Below, in pieces: positions 1 to 9,687 of a DNA stretch of 64,000 nt. Each line of letters opens with the position of its first letter. The first letter of the stretch is position 1. The stretch comes from an uncultured Bacteroidales bacterium (lineage in GTDB: Bacteria > Bacteroidota > Bacteroidia > Bacteroidales > Paludibacteraceae), in contig CAMNCW010000026.1 of the NCBI GenBank assembly GCA_946534715.1, positions 5,611 to 69,610 of the forward strand, read 5' to 3'. A program made the translations under genes and the position numbers. The notes under the pieces were generated by a model. It saw only the letters and a list, made by a program, of their open reading frames with translations, made no database searches and was not told where the DNA came from.

Positions 1-474
1 GATGCGCATCATCACCACGACCATGATGACGACGATGATGAGGATGAAGATGAGCATGAACATCATCACCACCACGACCACGAACATGGCGAACATGACC
101 ATTTGGCTGAGTTCGGAATCGACACCTATGTATATTACGCGCGCAAGCCGTTTGACTTAGGACTCTTTGACGAGTTCGTGGCGGCTCATTGGCCGAAGAA
201 CGTGATCCGTTGCAAAGGAATGTGCTATTTTGCAGAGGAATACGATATGTGCTATCTGTTTGAGCAAGCCGGCAAACAATTCAATCTCCGCAAAGCCGGC
301 GAATGGTTTGCTACGATGCCCAAAGAGGAGTTGATGCAACTGATGGCAGACGATGCACAACTCCGCAAAGATTGGGATGACCAATACGGCGACAGGATGC
401 AGAAGTTAGTGTTTATCGGTCAACATCTGGACAAAAAGGCTTTGAAAGAGGCTTTGGACAACTGTTTGCAATAA
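1..474 (+). CDS. COG0523/CobW-family metallochaperone GTPase, C-terminal part (5' end outside window)
   Basis: Frame 1 is open from base 1. It encodes a His/Asp/Glu-rich linker (DAHHHHDHDDDDDEDEDEHEHHHHHDHEHGEHDH), then a CobW_C-like domain. The TTG at 103 in the ORF track is not the true start. Confidence 0.7.
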   Translation, partial: DAHHHHDHDDDDDEDEDEHEHHHHHDHEHGEHDHLAEFGIDTYVYYARKPFDLGLFDEFVAAHWPKNVIRCKGMCYFAEEYDMCYLFEQAGKQFNLRKAGEWFATMPKEELMQLMADDAQLRKDWDDQYGDRMQKLVFIGQHLDKKALKEALDNCLQ

Positions 475-515
475 TTATCTATCGGGAAACTTAAATAATT
501 ATAAACAATACTCTT

Positions 516-1010
516 ATGAAACCAATTAACGAACTGACTATAGCAGTGGCAAGTGACCACTCGGGTTTTGGATTGAAATCCATGATTCAATTGTTTTTGG
601 AGCGTGAAGGCGCTAAGGTAGTTGATTTCGGCTGTGATTCTATGGAGAACTGCGACTTTCCGGATTTTGCACATCCGATGGCAACCGCAGTGGAGAAAGG
701 CGAATGCGATTTAGGTATTGGTTTTTGCTTTACAGGCAACGGAATGAGCATGTGCGCGAACACGCATCCTCATGTGCGCGCCACTATTTGCTGGGAGACA
801 CGCATGGCGGAGAATGCCCGTCGCTTCTTCAATGCCAACGTACTCTGTCTGCCGGCAGGAAGTGTAGCTCCGGACAAGGCATTGGATATCATTCATGCAT
901 TTGTAACCACCGCTTATGCCGGAGGCGAACGATATGAACGCCGCAATCATCATTTGGCTAATCCCAATAAATACCGGATTGAGAATGGTGAATGGATTTT
1001 AGAGAGTTGA
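516..1010 (+). CDS. rpiB: RpiB/LacA/LacB-family sugar-phosphate isomerase (ribose-5-phosphate isomerase B)
   Basis: 164 aa. N-terminus IAVASDHSGFGLK...VVDFG is typical of RpiB. Confidence 0.85.
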   Translation: MKPINELTIAVASDHSGFGLKSMIQLFLEREGAKVVDFGCDSMENCDFPDFAHPMATAVEKGECDLGIGFCFTGNGMSMCANTHPHVRATICWETRMAENARRFFNANVLCLPAGSVAPDKALDIIHAFVTTAYAGGERYERRNHHLANPNKYRIENGEWILES

Positions 1011-1034
1011 TAATTGACAATTGATAATTGATGA
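1007..1034. repeat. Heptamer array TTGAYAA x3.6 (TTGATAATTGACAATTGATAATTGATGA)
   Basis: Period-7 tandem array spanning the rpiB stop (TGA 1008-1010) and the next gene's ATG (1031). The same 28-mer recurs at 44383-44410. Confidence 0.9.
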
Positions 1035-2443
1035 AAAAATTTGACGTAAAAAAGTATATTTTAGCACCGCTGACAGTTGCAGTTGTGCTATTCATGTGGT
1101 TCGTGCCTGCCTCTTTTTTCGGCATTGAAGGTCTGACAGTAGTTCAGCAGCGAACCATAGCTATTTTCTGTTATGCCGCCCTGATGTGGATGTTTGAAAT
1201 CATCCCGGCATGGGCGACGTCTGTGTCCGCGATAGTGTTCTTGCTGATCGCCGTTTCCAACAAAGGTCTGACAAACCCGGAGATGGGTTCATTAGTCAAT
1301 TTCCGCGAACTGATGGCCGCTTTTGCAGACCCGATCATCATGCTTTTCTTAGGCGGATTCGTGTTAGCCATTACTGCCAGCAAAGTGGGCTTGGACGTGG
1401 TGTTGGCACGTGTTCTGCTCAAACCTTTCGGAACCAATCCGAAATGGGTGTTGTTGGGTTTTCTGACACTGATCAGCGTGATGTCCATGTTCATGAGCAA
1501 TACGGCTACTGCGGCTATGATGTTAGCTTTCTTAGCGCCTGTGTTGCGTACGCTGCCGGCAGATGGCGGTGGTCGTGTGAGTTTGGCAATGGCTATTCCT
1601 ATCGCCGCCAATGTGGGCGGTTTGGGAACGCCAATCGGTACTCCTCCGAACGCTATCGCAATCGGACAATTGTCGGCTATGGATATCAACATTGGTTTTG
1701 CCGCATGGATGGTTCGTTTTGTGCCGGTAGTGATCATAATGATTCTCTTTGCGTGGTGGCTGCTGCAGTTCCTTTTCCCTTTCAAGGCAAAGGATGTAAA
1801 GATCGTCATCAATCCCGATGAGCATCACGAGATGGATTGGAAATTCTGGGTTGTAACCATTACATTTATTGCTACCATCCTGCTGTGGATGACAGGTGAG
1901 TTGACTCACCTGAATTCCAATGTGGTAGCGATGATTCCTTTTGCAGTCTTCGCATTGACCGGCGTGTTTACTCGTGACGATTTCTCAAAGATCGATTGGC
2001 ATGTGCTGTGGATGGTGGCCGGTGGTTTCGCCATCGGAACGGCTCTTAACAAGACCGGTCTGGCAGCTGCGTTGGTGGAGTCCATTCCGTTCGGCAGTTG
2101 GTCAGTCATCGCCGTTTTGGTTATTTCCGGTCTGTTAGGCTGGTTACTCTCCAACTTTATCTCTCACTCGTCTGCGGCGAACTTGCTTATTCCGATCTTG
2201 GCGGTTGTCGGAACGGCTATGAACGAGCAGTTAGGCGCTTTTGGCGGTGTGACCACTTTGCTGGTCTGCGTTGCTGCTTCCACCTCGTTTGCTATGCTTC
2301 TGCCGATCTCCACTCCGCCGAATGCCATCGCTTGTTCAACGGGTTTGATCAAGACCAACGACATGGCAAAAGTGGGACTTATCATCGGTTTAGTGGGTGT
2401 AGCATTGTCGTACGCGGTGTTACTGATCTTCCCGTTTAAGTAA
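1031..2443 (+). CDS. DASS/SLC13-family sodium-coupled anion (di/tricarboxylate or sulfate) symporter
   Basis: About 470 aa polytopic membrane protein with duplicated SNTATAAMM and TPPNAIA hairpin-loop motifs. ATG at 1031; the ORF track uses TTG at 1028. Confidence 0.8.
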   Translation: MKKFDVKKYILAPLTVAVVLFMWFVPASFFGIEGLTVVQQRTIAIFCYAALMWMFEIIPAWATSVSAIVFLLIAVSNKGLTNPEMGSLVNFRELMAAFADPIIMLFLGGFVLAITASKVGLDVVLARVLLKPFGTNPKWVLLGFLTLISVMSMFMSNTATAAMMLAFLAPVLRTLPADGGGRVSLAMAIPIAANVGGLGTPIGTPPNAIAIGQLSAMDINIGFAAWMVRFVPVVIIMILFAWWLLQFLFPFKAKDVKIVINPDEHHEMDWKFWVVTITFIATILLWMTGELTHLNSNVVAMIPFAVFALTGVFTRDDFSKIDWHVLWMVAGGFAIGTALNKTGLAAALVESIPFGSWSVIAVLVISGLLGWLLSNFISHSSAANLLIPILAVVGTAMNEQLGAFGGVTTLLVCVAASTSFAMLLPISTPPNAIACSTGLIKTNDMAKVGLIIGLVGVALSYAVLLIFPFK

Positions 2444-2460
2444 TTGATAATTGAAAATTA
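2442..2460. repeat. Heptamer array AATTGAN x2.7
   Basis: aattgat aattgaa aatta, immediately after the stop codon at 2441-2443. Confidence 0.6.
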
Positions 2461-2514
2461 TATCTCGTTTAAGGCTCAAATTATTGTCTGAAGCCGTACG
2501 GGAAGTTGACAAAT

Positions 2515-3954
2515 ATGAAAAATCGAATTATAATCGTCGTTCTTTGCACCATGACAGCCTTGTCCGTCATGGCGCAAGAGAACGTCAAGACGGAAAAGAA
2601 GGAGACGGTCAAGTCACATCTTGTTCAGCATTTCAAGTTGTACGGTTTTGTCCGCAACTATTTTGCTTATGACAGCCGTGAATCTCTCTCCGGAACGGGT
2701 GATTTGTATAACTACCAGCCGCGGGATGTGAACTGGAATCAGACGCCCGAACAAGCAGCTGCTTCCGGTGTAGAGCGCCAGGACTTGAATGCTCAATCCA
2801 CATTCCGTTTCCTATCTCTGACCACCCGTCTGGGGCTGAATATCGTGGGCTATAAATGGCGCAACACGGAGTTCGGCGGAAAGATAGAAGCGGATTTTTA
2901 TGCCGGTTTGAGCACAAAAGGTTCGGGTGTTCACTCCGTATCGGGAACGGCTCAGTTTCGTCTGCGTCAGGCCTATATGACGATGGCGTGGGATAGTCTG
3001 CGTATGGGCGATAAGGCCTATGCGCGTGTAGATTTATTATTAGGTCAAGCATGGCATCCGATGGCAGCTGATCTGAGCGATGTGATTGCTCTCAACTCCG
3101 GTGCTCCTTTCGGTCCTTTCAGCCGTACGCCTCAGGTGAAGATGGATGCGCGTCTGGGCAACTATTTCACCCTTACCGGTGCGCTGATCTGGCAGATGCA
3201 GTATTGTTCCATCGGTCCGGACGGTCAGTCGGCGGAGTATATCGGTTACAGCAAAACACCGGAGGCATACCTGGGAGTGAATGTGCATGCCAACGGATTC
3301 TTGGCAAGAGCAGGAGCGGATGTGCTCAGTATATGCCCTCGTCATACGGGAACGGTGTTGGCGGCAGACGGCAAGACACAGGTTGCCGTTCGTGTGAACG
3401 ACCGTCTCACTACCGCATCGCCATTTATCTATCTGCAATACAAGAAAGGCGAGTTCTCCATCAAAGCCAAATCGGTCTTTATGGAAGCCGGTGAACACAT
3501 GAACATGAACGGCGGTTACGGCGTGAAGAAAGTGAATGCCGACGGGTCATGGGAATATACGCCGACGCGTACTTCTTCCTCATGGCTCAGTATTGTATAT
3601 GGCGGCAAAGTAGGCGCGCAGGAGGATAAACATCCCCAGAAACTGCAAGGCATCCTCTTCGGCGGTTACGTCCGTAATTTCGGTACTAAAGATCCATTGG
3701 CAACCAAACAAGACGGTTCTTTGGTGGGATTCTATTATCCGCGTGCAAGCAATATGAACCAAATGTACCGCTTATCGCCGACGCTGCTTTATACGGTGGG
3801 TAAATTCCAATTAGGTTGCGAGTACGAGATCACTTCGGTGCAATATGGCGACATCGCCCAAGGGGGCATCAACCCCGCTAATGGTCTGTGCGACAAAGGA
3901 CTTCACTGGGTGACAAACCATCGTGTACAACTGATGACAAAATATAATTTCTAA
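2515..3954 (+). CDS. Outer-membrane beta-barrel (porin-like) protein
   Basis: Signal peptide MKNRIIIVVLCTMTALSVMAQE, alternating amphipathic pattern and a C-terminal ...KYNF beta-signal. ATG at 2515; the track uses TTG at 2506. Confidence 0.5.
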   Translation: MKNRIIIVVLCTMTALSVMAQENVKTEKKETVKSHLVQHFKLYGFVRNYFAYDSRESLSGTGDLYNYQPRDVNWNQTPEQAAASGVERQDLNAQSTFRFLSLTTRLGLNIVGYKWRNTEFGGKIEADFYAGLSTKGSGVHSVSGTAQFRLRQAYMTMAWDSLRMGDKAYARVDLLLGQAWHPMAADLSDVIALNSGAPFGPFSRTPQVKMDARLGNYFTLTGALIWQMQYCSIGPDGQSAEYIGYSKTPEAYLGVNVHANGFLARAGADVLSICPRHTGTVLAADGKTQVAVRVNDRLTTASPFIYLQYKKGEFSIKAKSVFMEAGEHMNMNGGYGVKKVNADGSWEYTPTRTSSSWLSIVYGGKVGAQEDKHPQKLQGILFGGYVRNFGTKDPLATKQDGSLVGFYYPRASNMNQMYRLSPTLLYTVGKFQLGCEYEITSVQYGDIAQGGINPANGLCDKGLHWVTNHRVQLMTKYNF

Positions 3955-4457
3955 TGAAACGAATAATCAATCCTTGGACCCGGATGCCGGGGTATAACTG
4001 TTTCGGTTGTAGCCCGGATAACCCCATCGGCACGCAGATGCGCTTTTTTGAAGACGGGGATGAGATCATCTCCATCTGGCGTCCGACACAAAATCACCAA
4101 TCGTGGATCAATACCTTGCACGGAGGTGTGCAGGCCGTGCTGTTGGATGAAGTGTGCGGATGGGTCGTATTCCATCTGCTCAAAACCGCCGGCGTTACGG
4201 CAAAAATGGAGATGCGCTATCACAAGCCGGTTTCGACTTTGCAGGAGTATATCAAACTGCGCGGTTATCTCAAAGAGATGCGGCGTAATATAGCAATCGT
4301 GCAAGGCGAGATCTATAGTGCCGAGGGCGAGTTGCTTTGCGAGTGTACCTGCACATATTTTACTTTCCCGCAGGAGAAAGCCAAGGCGGAAATGGGCTAC
4401 CTTCCGTCCACAGTTGAAGAACAAAACTATACCTTTGAAGAATGCTTGAATATGTAA
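3954..4457 (+). CDS. PaaI-family (hotdog fold) thioesterase
   Basis: 167 aa with an N-terminal CxxC-like GYNCFGCSPDNP and a hotdog core LHGGVQAVLLDEVCGW. Start overlaps the upstream stop (TAATG). Confidence 0.65.
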   Translation: MKRIINPWTRMPGYNCFGCSPDNPIGTQMRFFEDGDEIISIWRPTQNHQSWINTLHGGVQAVLLDEVCGWVVFHLLKTAGVTAKMEMRYHKPVSTLQEYIKLRGYLKEMRRNIAIVQGEIYSAEGELLCECTCTYFTFPQEKAKAEMGYLPSTVEEQNYTFEECLNM

Positions 4458-5596
4458 ATCGAAGGGGGTCTGATTGTTTCAAATGGGACTCCGAATGCGC
4501 CGAAGGCTGTTTGCCTTTATGGATTGCAGACATGGATTTCAAGGCGGCTCAGCCGATACGTGAGGCTATGCAACGTCGCTTGGATCATGGTGTTTTTGGT
4601 TATTCTATCGTGCCGCAGGCCAACTATGACGCAGTAGCATCATGGTTTAGCCGCCGACATGGATGGAACGGTATTAATCGTGAGAATCTGCTTTATACGA
4701 CAGCCGTTGTGCCGGCGATTTCGGCTATTTTCGCGGCCTTGCAGGCTCGCAAAGGCAAATGTTCGCCGCTCCGTGTACTCACTTTCACGCCTGCATACAA
4801 CTGTTTCTTCAGTTGTATCGAGAATATGGGTTGCGAGTTAGTGGCGGCTCCCTTGGTCTTGCGCGAAAACCGCTTTGAGATCAATTGGGAAGATTTGGAG
4901 GAGAAAGCAAAGCATGCGGATGTGTTCCTGCTTTGCAATCCTCATAACCCCACAGGTCGCGTTTGGTCCAAAGAGGAGTTGGAGCATATCGCAGAGATTA
5001 TGCGCCGCGAACACCTGTTCGTGCTGAGCGATGAAATCCACTGCGAGTTCGCTTACCCCGGACACCAATATACGCCCTTTGCATCGATTGTCATCAACGA
5101 CACCGATTTCTGCGTCTGCACATCCGCCAGCAAGGCCTTTAATATCGCAGGTTTGCTATGCGCCAATATCTTTGTACCCAACAAAGAACTGTTCACTCAG
5201 ATCAATCATGCCCTCGAGGTGCATGAGGTGAATGGTCTGAACCCCTTCGGTTTGGTGGCACAAGTAGCGGCTTATAATGAGAGCGAGGATTGGTTAGACG
5301 AACTGAATGAATACGTCTATGGGAACTTCTGTTTCCTGCGTGATTTTATCCATGCCGAGTTACCGATGTTGCAGATCCATGAGACTGAGGGTACATACCT
5401 CGGATGGGTTAATGTATCCGCTTTAGGCATGAGCGCAGAGGAGTTCTGCTGCAATCTGGCGAAAAAAGGTCATGTGCTCTTCAACCCCTCGGAGATGTAC
5501 GGCGGCGAGAAATATGTCCGCATCAATTTAGCTACATCGCGCGAGGTGTTGGAACAAGCCATGAAGCAATGCAAGGAGTATATCCTCAGCCTGTAA
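4442..5596 (+). CDS. MalY/PatB-type PLP-dependent C-S lyase (class I/II aminotransferase fold)
   Basis: 384 aa. RRGSDCFKWD N-terminus and the PLP-lysine motif SASKAFNIAG. Confidence 0.8.
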   Translation: MLEYVNRRGSDCFKWDSECAEGCLPLWIADMDFKAAQPIREAMQRRLDHGVFGYSIVPQANYDAVASWFSRRHGWNGINRENLLYTTAVVPAISAIFAALQARKGKCSPLRVLTFTPAYNCFFSCIENMGCELVAAPLVLRENRFEINWEDLEEKAKHADVFLLCNPHNPTGRVWSKEELEHIAEIMRREHLFVLSDEIHCEFAYPGHQYTPFASIVINDTDFCVCTSASKAFNIAGLLCANIFVPNKELFTQINHALEVHEVNGLNPFGLVAQVAAYNESEDWLDELNEYVYGNFCFLRDFIHAELPMLQIHETEGTYLGWVNVSALGMSAEEFCCNLAKKGHVLFNPSEMYGGEKYVRINLATSREVLEQAMKQCKEYILSL

Positions 5597-6238
5597 TTAC
5601 CGCACTTTGCGGATGATGGTAAGTCCGTCACGAAGAGGAAGGATGACCTGCTCAAAGCGGTCGTCCTTTTTCAATTGGTCATTGAAAGCCCGCAGACCGA
5701 GGGTCTGTTTGTCGCGGTCATATGCGGGGTCGATGATGTGTCCGTCCCAGAGGGTGTTGTCCGCCAAAATGAACCCGCCAACGGGCACTAAAGGATAAAC
5801 CGCCTCTAAATATGCGCAGTATTCGCGCTTGTCCGCATCGATAAAGACGAGGTCAAATTGATAATTGAGAATTGACAATTGAGAATTGATAATTGAGCAC
5901 GCATCGCCGATGATGAGTTCAATTTTCTCTCCCAACGGCGAACGGGAGAGGTTTCTGCGTATGGTGTCTTCCAACTCGTCGTTGTGCTCGATGGTCACTA
6001 AACGTCCGCCTTTTGCCAAACCTTCTGCAAGACACAAAGCACTATAACCGGTGAACGTACCAAGCTCCAAAATCCGTTTCGGCTTGATCATATGGCTGAA
6101 CATACTCAGCGCGCGACCCTGTACGTGTCCGCTCAACATGTGCGGGTTTAAAATATGTACGTACGTATCGCGCGTAATCGCCTCTAAAGCTCCGTTTTCG
6201 GGAGTGGAATGGTAAGAAATATACTCTTCAAGTGTCAT
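5597..6238 (-). CDS. Class I SAM-dependent O-methyltransferase (family 3, caffeoyl-CoA OMT-like)
   Basis: LELGTFTGYSALCLAEG SAM motif and FDLVFIDADKREY. Start taken at the internal Met (MTLEEYI), just downstream of a minus-strand -7 box. Confidence 0.8.
   Translation of the reverse strand: MTLEEYISYHSTPENGALEAITRDTYVHILNPHMLSGHVQGRALSMFSHMIKPKRILELGTFTGYSALCLAEGLAKGGRLVTIEHNDELEDTIRRNLSRSPLGEKIELIIGDACSIINSQLSILNYQFDLVFIDADKREYCAYLEAVYPLVPVGGFILADNTLWDGHIIDPAYDRDKQTLGLRAFNDQLKKDDRFEQVILPLRDGLTIIRKVR
5856..5897. repeat. Heptamer array AATTGAN x6 (42 nt) inside the O-methyltransferase CDS
   Basis: aattgat aattgag aattgac aattgag aattgat aattgag. Translated on the minus strand as SIINSQLSILNYQF. 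Confidence 0.9.
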
Positions 6239-6257
6239 ATTGTTACAAAATTCGCTG

Positions 6258-6305
6258 CAAAAGTACAAAAAAATTTGCACATATGCAAAAAAAATAGTAT
6301 CTTTG
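6258..6305. promoter_or_regulatory. 48-bp divergent promoter cassette: -7 box (minus) / palindromic double -33 / -7 box (plus)
   Basis: caaaagta (reverse complement TActTTTG) at 6258-6265, palindrome TTTGCACATATGCAAA at 6274-6289, TAtcTTTG at 6298-6305. Spacings are 20-21 nt on both strands. Confidence 0.7.
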
Positions 6306-6325
6306 CACTCAAATTCGTAACAACA

Positions 6326-8188
6326 ATGAAAAAAACGACCTGTTTATATTGTTTTTTGACCCTTTTAGTGGCCTTTCTTCCTGCCTCTGTACATGCAGCA
6401 TTGCAAATAACGGATGCCGGCGGATGGTATGAAAGCGCGTTTGTGGAATGGACCCCCCAAGACGGAGTGTCAGAATATAGCGTTCGAGTTCAGCCTATCG
6501 GGGAAATTCTCTATGCAGTGCCGTTTGAAATAGACGAACCTCTGATCCGTAAATACGACGGTTATTACCGCGCAGACGTATTGGGATTAGCTCCGGGCGA
6601 TTACACTTTGTCTGTTTTTTCTGCCGGCGGAAATGCTGAACCTTTGGCTACGACGGATGTATTGCTTGTCAAAGCGCATGACAGAGATGGTTTTGCGCAT
6701 TTCAATTATCCCGATGGAGTAGGAGCCTATAAGAATGACGGTACGCTCAAAGAGGGAGCCAAGGTGCTCTATGTTCACGCACAGAATATAGCTACGGTGG
6801 AAATGGATGTGGCGATCGACAAAAAAGGTACTACGCGTCATTGCGTCGGCCTGCAACATATTATCACGGCTTACGAGAAGGGTTTCGCGGATCAGCCTTT
6901 GGATATTCGTATTATCGGAACCGTTGAGGCAAGTCAATTGGATTCAATGGGCAGCAAAGAGGAAGGTTTGCAGATCAAAGGCAAGGTGGGCGTACCGATG
7001 CATATTACGGTGGAAGGTGTCGGAAAGGATGCTGTTATCCGCGGTTTCGGTATCTTGGCGCGTCAGGCTGAGAGTCTGGAGTTACGCAACTTTGCCGTTA
7101 TGACAGCTTTGGATGATTGTATATCGCTGGATACCAAAAACAGCCATGTGTGGGTGCATCATATTGACGGTTTCTATAGCCGCCCCGGTTCGGCAAGCGA
7201 CCAGAAAAAAGGCGACGGAACGATTGATGTGAAGGGAAACTCCCAATATGTGACCGTTGCCTATAACCATTTCTGGGACACCGGCAAATCCACTATGTGC
7301 GGCATGAAACAAGATACGTTGCCGAACTATGTGACCTATCATCACAACTGGTTTGATCATTCCGACTCGCGTCACCCGCGCATACGTCGCATGAGCGTGC
7401 ATATATACAATAATTATTATGACGGTATTGCCAAATACGGTGTTGGTATGACGAACGGCGGTAGTGCTTTTGTGGAGAATAACTATTTCCGTGCTTGTGC
7501 ACATCCGATGCTCATCTCAATGCAGGGAACGGACACCAAGAACGGAACAGATACCAAGGATTCGCCTACTTTCTCCAACGAGAACGGAGGTATTATAAAG
7601 GCATTCAATAATGTTTTTACAGGCTCCAAGACCCTTGTTTATTATGATGCGGAGAAAGCACCGGTGCATTTCGATGCGTACTTGGCAACTACTCGCGACG
7701 AGAAAGTTCCGGCAAAGGTTAAGGCACTCCAAGGTGGTACGACGTATGATAATTTTGATACCGATCCTTCTCTTATGCCGTCTATCGTGCCTGATGCAGC
7801 GGAAGATGTGCCTGATATCGTAATCGGTGATGGCGGAGCAGGGCGTATGCAGCATGGCGATTTCACTTTCTCTTCTTCTGATGACAGTTCGTCTGAACTT
7901 AATACTGCTTTATCAAGTCTCATTACGAATTATCAGTCTTCATTGGTCGCAATTCAAGGAGTAGAGCAGGATGACCATCAGGCTATTTATGAGGTTTTGG
8001 CAAAAGATAACGACCTTGTTTTTGACGGAATGACCCTCTATAACCCAATGGGAAAACGCATTCGTATCTATGCTGTCTCCGGCGCATGTATCGGTTCTAC
8101 GGAAGACACTTCTGTGGCTACGGACTATTTGCCTAACGGCGCATATGTGGTGGTTAGCAAAGACGGATGTCTGAAAATTACGAAATAA
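6326..8188 (+). CDS. Pectate lyase (PL1-like) with a T9SS-type C-terminal sorting domain
   Basis: Signal peptide MKKTTCLYCF..VHA. PL1 motifs WVHHIDGF and DSRHPRIRRMSVHIYNNYYDG. The last ~70 aa resemble a Por secretion tail (..NGAYVVVSKDGCLKITK). Confidence 0.75.
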   Translation: MKKTTCLYCFLTLLVAFLPASVHAALQITDAGGWYESAFVEWTPQDGVSEYSVRVQPIGEILYAVPFEIDEPLIRKYDGYYRADVLGLAPGDYTLSVFSAGGNAEPLATTDVLLVKAHDRDGFAHFNYPDGVGAYKNDGTLKEGAKVLYVHAQNIATVEMDVAIDKKGTTRHCVGLQHIITAYEKGFADQPLDIRIIGTVEASQLDSMGSKEEGLQIKGKVGVPMHITVEGVGKDAVIRGFGILARQAESLELRNFAVMTALDDCISLDTKNSHVWVHHIDGFYSRPGSASDQKKGDGTIDVKGNSQYVTVAYNHFWDTGKSTMCGMKQDTLPNYVTYHHNWFDHSDSRHPRIRRMSVHIYNNYYDGIAKYGVGMTNGGSAFVENNYFRACAHPMLISMQGTDTKNGTDTKDSPTFSNENGGIIKAFNNVFTGSKTLVYYDAEKAPVHFDAYLATTRDEKVPAKVKALQGGTTYDNFDTDPSLMPSIVPDAAEDVPDIVIGDGGAGRMQHGDFTFSSSDDSSSELNTALSSLITNYQSSLVAIQGVEQDDHQAIYEVLAKDNDLVFDGMTLYNPMGKRIRIYAVSGACIGSTEDTSVATDYLPNGAYVVVSKDGCLKITK

Positions 8189-8208
8189 TAAAATAATACA
8201 ATATTGGT

Positions 8209-8667
8209 ATGGAAAAGATAGATGAATTAGATCGTAAAATCTTAAAAATTATTACTCAAAGCGCCCGAACGCCTTTCAAAGATGTGGCGGAGCAATGCGG
8301 TGTCAGCCGGGCAGCCGTGCATCAACGCGTGCAGAAGATGTTTGACAACGGCGTGATCACCGGCTCCAGTTATCATGTACACCCCAAATCGTTAGGCTAT
8401 CAGCTCTGTGTTTATATAGGTATCACCATGGAGAAAGCCTCTATGTATAATAAGGTTATTGCAGCGTTGCAGGAGATTCCTGAGGTAGTTGAAGCGCAAT
8501 ACACACTCGGCGCATTCGGTTTGCTGATTAAGGTCTTTGCCCGCGATAATGAACACCTGCTCAGCATCCTCAATACCAAGATACAGGAGATCCCCGGCGT
8601 AGCGAATACTACGACTCTTACCGCGCTTGCACAACCTATCTATCGCCAAATACCAATTGAAATTTAA
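8209..8667 (+). CDS. Lrp/AsnC-family transcriptional regulator
   Basis: 152 aa. LDRKILKIITQSARTPFKDVAEQCGVSRAAVHQRV HTH followed by a RAM domain. Confidence 0.85.
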   Translation: MEKIDELDRKILKIITQSARTPFKDVAEQCGVSRAAVHQRVQKMFDNGVITGSSYHVHPKSLGYQLCVYIGITMEKASMYNKVIAALQEIPEVVEAQYTLGAFGLLIKVFARDNEHLLSILNTKIQEIPGVANTTTLTALAQPIYRQIPIEI

Positions 8668-8689
8668 CCATTTAACAATATAAAGTTTC

Positions 8690-9679
8690 ATGGAACGCGT
8701 CATTAGCGGCATACGCCCTACGGGCAATTTGCACCTCGGTAACTATTTCGGGGCGGTTAAGTCTTTCGTCAAGATGCAGGATGAATATGACTGCATGTTC
8801 TTTATTGCCGATTGGCATTCTTTAACCACGCACCCGACACCGGAGAATATACGTTCATCCGTCAAAACCATTCTCAGCGAGTACCTCGCTTGTGGTATTG
8901 ACCCGGAGAAAGCACCGATTTACGTCCAATCGGATGTCAAACAGGTGCTCGAGCTCTATCTCTACCTGAATATGAATGCTTATTTGGGTGAACTGGAACG
9001 CGTCACTTCCTTCAAGGAGAAAGTGCGCAAACAGCCGGATAATGTCAATGCCGGTTTGCTGACATATCCATGTCTCATGGCGGCGGATATACTGATGCAC
9101 AAGGCAGACAAAGTGCCCGTCGGCAAAGATCAGGAGCAGAATATGGAGATGGCGCGCCTTTTTGCGCGTCGATTCAACCGCATCTATAATGTGGAGTACT
9201 TCAAAGAGCCGGCTTCCTTCTATTTCGCGGACAAAGCGGTCAAAGTGCCGGGACTTGACGGAACCGGTAAGATGGGAAAATCCGAAGGTAACTGCCTCTA
9301 TCTCTGTGATGACGAGAAGACCGTTACCAAGAAGATCATGCGGGCAGTGACTGACCAGGGGCCGACTCAACTCAACCAAGAGAAACCCGAAGTCATTCAG
9401 AACCTTTTCACCCTCTGTGAACTCCTCTCCGGCAAAGAGGCGGCAGACTATTACAACGACCTCTATAACCGCATGGAGATCCGTTATGGAGATATGAAAA
9501 AGCAGATGGCGGCTGATGCGAATACACTTCTTGCGCCTATTCGCGAACGTATTCTCATGTATTCGTCCGACGATGCGCTGCTTGAAAAGATCATGCGTCA
9601 GGGAGCGGAAGCTGCTTCTGAAAGAGCAGAGAAAACCATCGAAGAAGTAAGGGAAATCATTGGGTTTAGAAAAATCTAA
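8690..9679 (+). CDS. trpS: Tryptophan--tRNA ligase
   Basis: SGIRPTGNLHLGNYFG (HIGH-type) and GKMGKSEGN (KMSKS-type) motifs; 329 aa. Confidence 0.95.
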   Translation: MERVISGIRPTGNLHLGNYFGAVKSFVKMQDEYDCMFFIADWHSLTTHPTPENIRSSVKTILSEYLACGIDPEKAPIYVQSDVKQVLELYLYLNMNAYLGELERVTSFKEKVRKQPDNVNAGLLTYPCLMAADILMHKADKVPVGKDQEQNMEMARLFARRFNRIYNVEYFKEPASFYFADKAVKVPGLDGTGKMGKSEGNCLYLCDDEKTVTKKIMRAVTDQGPTQLNQEKPEVIQNLFTLCELLSGKEAADYYNDLYNRMEIRYGDMKKQMAADANTLLAPIRERILMYSSDDALLEKIMRQGAEAASERAEKTIEEVREIIGFRKI

Positions 9680-9687
9680 ATGCGTAA

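Noticed and set aside
1-102. His/Asp/Glu-rich coding stretch at the window start as a degenerate repeat or frameshifted region
   Set aside because: It is in frame with the CobW C-terminal domain. His-rich linkers are a known feature of COG0523 metallochaperones.
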